Below, piece after piece: positions 61,096 to 64,000 of a DNA stretch of 64,000 nt. The stretch is taken from NCBI RefSeq assembly GCF_006345805.1, contig NC_043004.1, positions 77,562,001-77,626,000 on the forward strand. The letters are read 5' to 3'. The notes beneath the pieces are model-generated. The model saw only the letters and a list, made by a program, of their open reading frames with translations. It was not told the origin of the DNA and searched no databases. Position 1 is the first letter of the stretch. Each line of letters starts with the position of its first letter. Position numbers and translations under genes: made by a program. This DNA is from Octopus sinensis. Lineage: Eukaryota.

Positions 61096-64000
61096 CGTGG
61101 AAATGAGTGACAACCATTTCCACAATACTCACTCCTTTGAGATATTGGTTATTTTTATGCCATGTGCATATCTAATTCCAACAAGACTATTTTGAATTGT
61201 GTCAAACTCTAGTAGCTTAGTATGGAAGGATTAGTGACATAAATTTTATGACGTAATCCTCTACAACAGTTTTCTTTTGACTTGTAAATGTACTGTAAAT
61301 ATTAAATGAAAGTCATCATCATCATCATTTAACGTCCGTTTTCTGTGCTAGCATGGGTTGGACGGTTCGACCAGGGCCTGGAAGCCATGGAGGCTGCACC
61401 AGGCTCTAGTCTGATTTGGCAGTGTTTCTACAGCTGGATGCCCTTCTTAACGCCAACCACTCCGTGAGTGTAGTGGGTGTAAAGAAACTAATTTAGTAAA
61501 TAATTTCTCTTTCTTCATTTTCTTCAACCTGTTAATGAAATTTATTTCTGCAACTATGTGAAACTGTTATTATAGCAGTGAAAAAGAGCAAGCTTTATTT
61601 ATCTTCAACATATATGTGCATTTCAGCGTGTTGGTGTATATAATTCATCACAGTGTTTACACAGCCTGAGTTAAGATTTATATAATGATAATTCTTATAA
61701 TGAAGTTATAAGTAACGGTTTATCATTATAATATAAATGAAATTATTGTATAGACTGCTCAGGTGCACCACAACTTGTCAAAAGTGCATATAAAGCATAT
61801 GCAGTAATGTACAAATGTCTGGAAAGTGAACTGTGTATGAGTCAGATACATGCTTGCATGTGTATGGAGGAGAGAAAATCAGGTATAGTGTTGGCGAATC
61901 TCAGGAAGCATGGAAGTTCTGAAGGATGCAGTGCTCCGACAACTAACAACAGGCCGGCAGTCTGTTCCATGCTTCAGCAACACTTAGCGTGAAAAAAATG
62001 TTTCTGAAAGTCATGGGAAATAAACATTTATTATCTTTTCCAAGTTCAGATACGTTATAAATTGGTGACATATAAATAAAATAATCTCAGCCCCATTATA
62101 AACTAGATAAAACGCCCTTATAAAAGTGGTAACTCATCATTATAAAAGTAGTGACCAACCGACGTGATAGAATAGGTAAATCCCCACATTATAAAACTGG
62201 GGCCCCTTGTGAGAAATATATAAAATTTTATATTGAAAATAGCCGACAGTTTCATTACACAAAATTTCGTTAACAGGTTGAAGAAAACGAAGAAAGAGAA
62301 ACTATTTACTAAATTAGTTTATTTACTTTCATTTAATATTTACAATATAAGTCAAAAGAAAACTGTCAAAGAAGATTACGACATAAAATTTCTATCACTA
62401 ATTCTTCTATACTAAGCTACTAGAGTTTGACATAATTCAAAATAGTCTTGTTAGAATTAGATATGGACATGGCATAAAATTAACCAATATCTCAAAGGAG
62501 TGATTGTTGTGGGAATGAGTGACAACCAATGAACACTGGTGTGAGTGTCATGGAGTCTAGGGACAACCAACGATCACTGGTTAATTTCCCAAAAATCAGG
62601 GTTTTTATAACTGCTCATTCTTGAATTCTAAGAACCGTATTTCGTGAAAGATTTCTCTTTGACAAAAGTTTAGAATTCAAATATGAATCAGCAACTAAGT
62701 TTTTTTTTTAAATATATAGATATAGATGTGATGTTGTCATTGTTGTCGTGGTGATGGTATAAAATGTAGTTTACGATAGTTGACTTATAGAAAGATTATA
62801 ATGGTAAATTTTTGTAATGCAAATATGTAAATGAAAATAAAGTTTATTTGGTAGCCGAAAGATTACTGAATCTTTTGATACCGCATACATCAAAATCGGC
62901 AACTAAGTTTTTGAATGCATAAGGAACACACACACATGCTCAAACTCTGCTTTATATATACATATACATACATACATATATATATATATATATTTGTGTG
63001 TGTGTTCCTTATGCATTTGAAAACTTAGTTGCCAATTTTGGCATATGGGTATCAAAAAATTCAGTTATCTTTTGGTTACAAAATAAATTTTATTTTCTAT
63101 GCATACTTTTCCTTCTTGGGACACAAAACTCTACTTGTGAAGACCTGTTGAGGAAAGTGAGAATCAGAATCAAAATCGAAATCGATCAACATCAATGGAA
63201 ATTGTAGCTGTGATACCAGTGCCGGTGGCACGTAAGCGAACCATCTGAACGGGGATTTTGCCAGCGCCGCCCCAATGGGCCTCCGTGCTAGTGGCACGTA
63301 AAATGCACCATCCGATCGAGGCCGTTACCAGCCTCGCCTGGCCCCCGTGCCAGTGGCACATAAAAAGCACCATCCGACCGTGGCCGTTTGCCAGCCCCCA
63401 TCTGTCACCTGTGCTGGTGGCACATAAAAAGCACCCACTACACTCACGGAGTGGTTGGCGTTAGGAAGGGCATCCAGCTGTAGAAACATTGCCAGATCAG
63501 AATGGGCCTGGTGCAGCCTTCTGACTTCCCAGACCCCAGTTGAACCGTCCAACCCATGCTAGCATGGAAAGCGGACGCTAAATGATGATAATGATGATGA
63601 TGATGATGATAGTTGCATTACAAAAATTTAACATTATAATCTTTCTATAAGTAAACTTGTCGTAAACAACATTTTATACCACCCCCACCACATCACATTT
63701 TCTATATTAGTGTGTATGTGTCTGTCAGTGTGTGTGTGTGTTTGTGCATTCATTACGTATGTTAGGCCAATGACTGAGAAGTATATGTGTGTGAATGTAT
63801 GTGATGGTGTATGTGTCAGTGAATATTCATACATTTTTATGATGACACACACACACACATCTAAAGACAGAGACAGACACATAGAGGGACAGAGTTAGGC
63901 CTGAGGTGTACAGGAATGCATGTCTGTGTGTATCTGTCTTAGTATATGTATGTGACTACCACCCAACAGTAAAACACACCAATTTTTAAAGACTTTAGTT

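Overview
AT-rich, repeat-dense animal genomic DNA. The SINE/LINE repertoire looks like octopus (coleoid cephalopod); this is inference. Three protein-coding genes are supported by manual splicing and translation. (1) The last four coding exons of INCENP (+, 1098-7454), ending in the Aurora-B-binding IN-box. (2) A complete 14-coding-exon GPR155/LYCHOS orthologue (-, ATG 31258 to stop 9023, about 823-825 aa), tail-to-tail with INCENP, with a probable 5'UTR exon and promoter at about 39519-39700. (3) A full-length but intronless dynactin p62 gene, DCTN4 (+, 55437-56774, 445 aa). The rest is mostly mobile DNA: RTE LINEs and their many 5'-truncated 3' tails, CR1-type LINEs, RLE-type LINE ends, Tc1/mariner relics, three tRNA-like SINE families, an 8-bp-TSD MITE and microsatellites. 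The most notable oddities are the intronless DCTN4, a hammerhead-ribozyme-like motif, a recent duplicate of half a GPR155 exon with its acceptor, a splice-phase conflict in GPR155, a foreign-looking ORF fragment trapped in the INCENP/GPR155 3' gap, and several long hairpins. All homology calls are by recalled motif recognition; no search was run.
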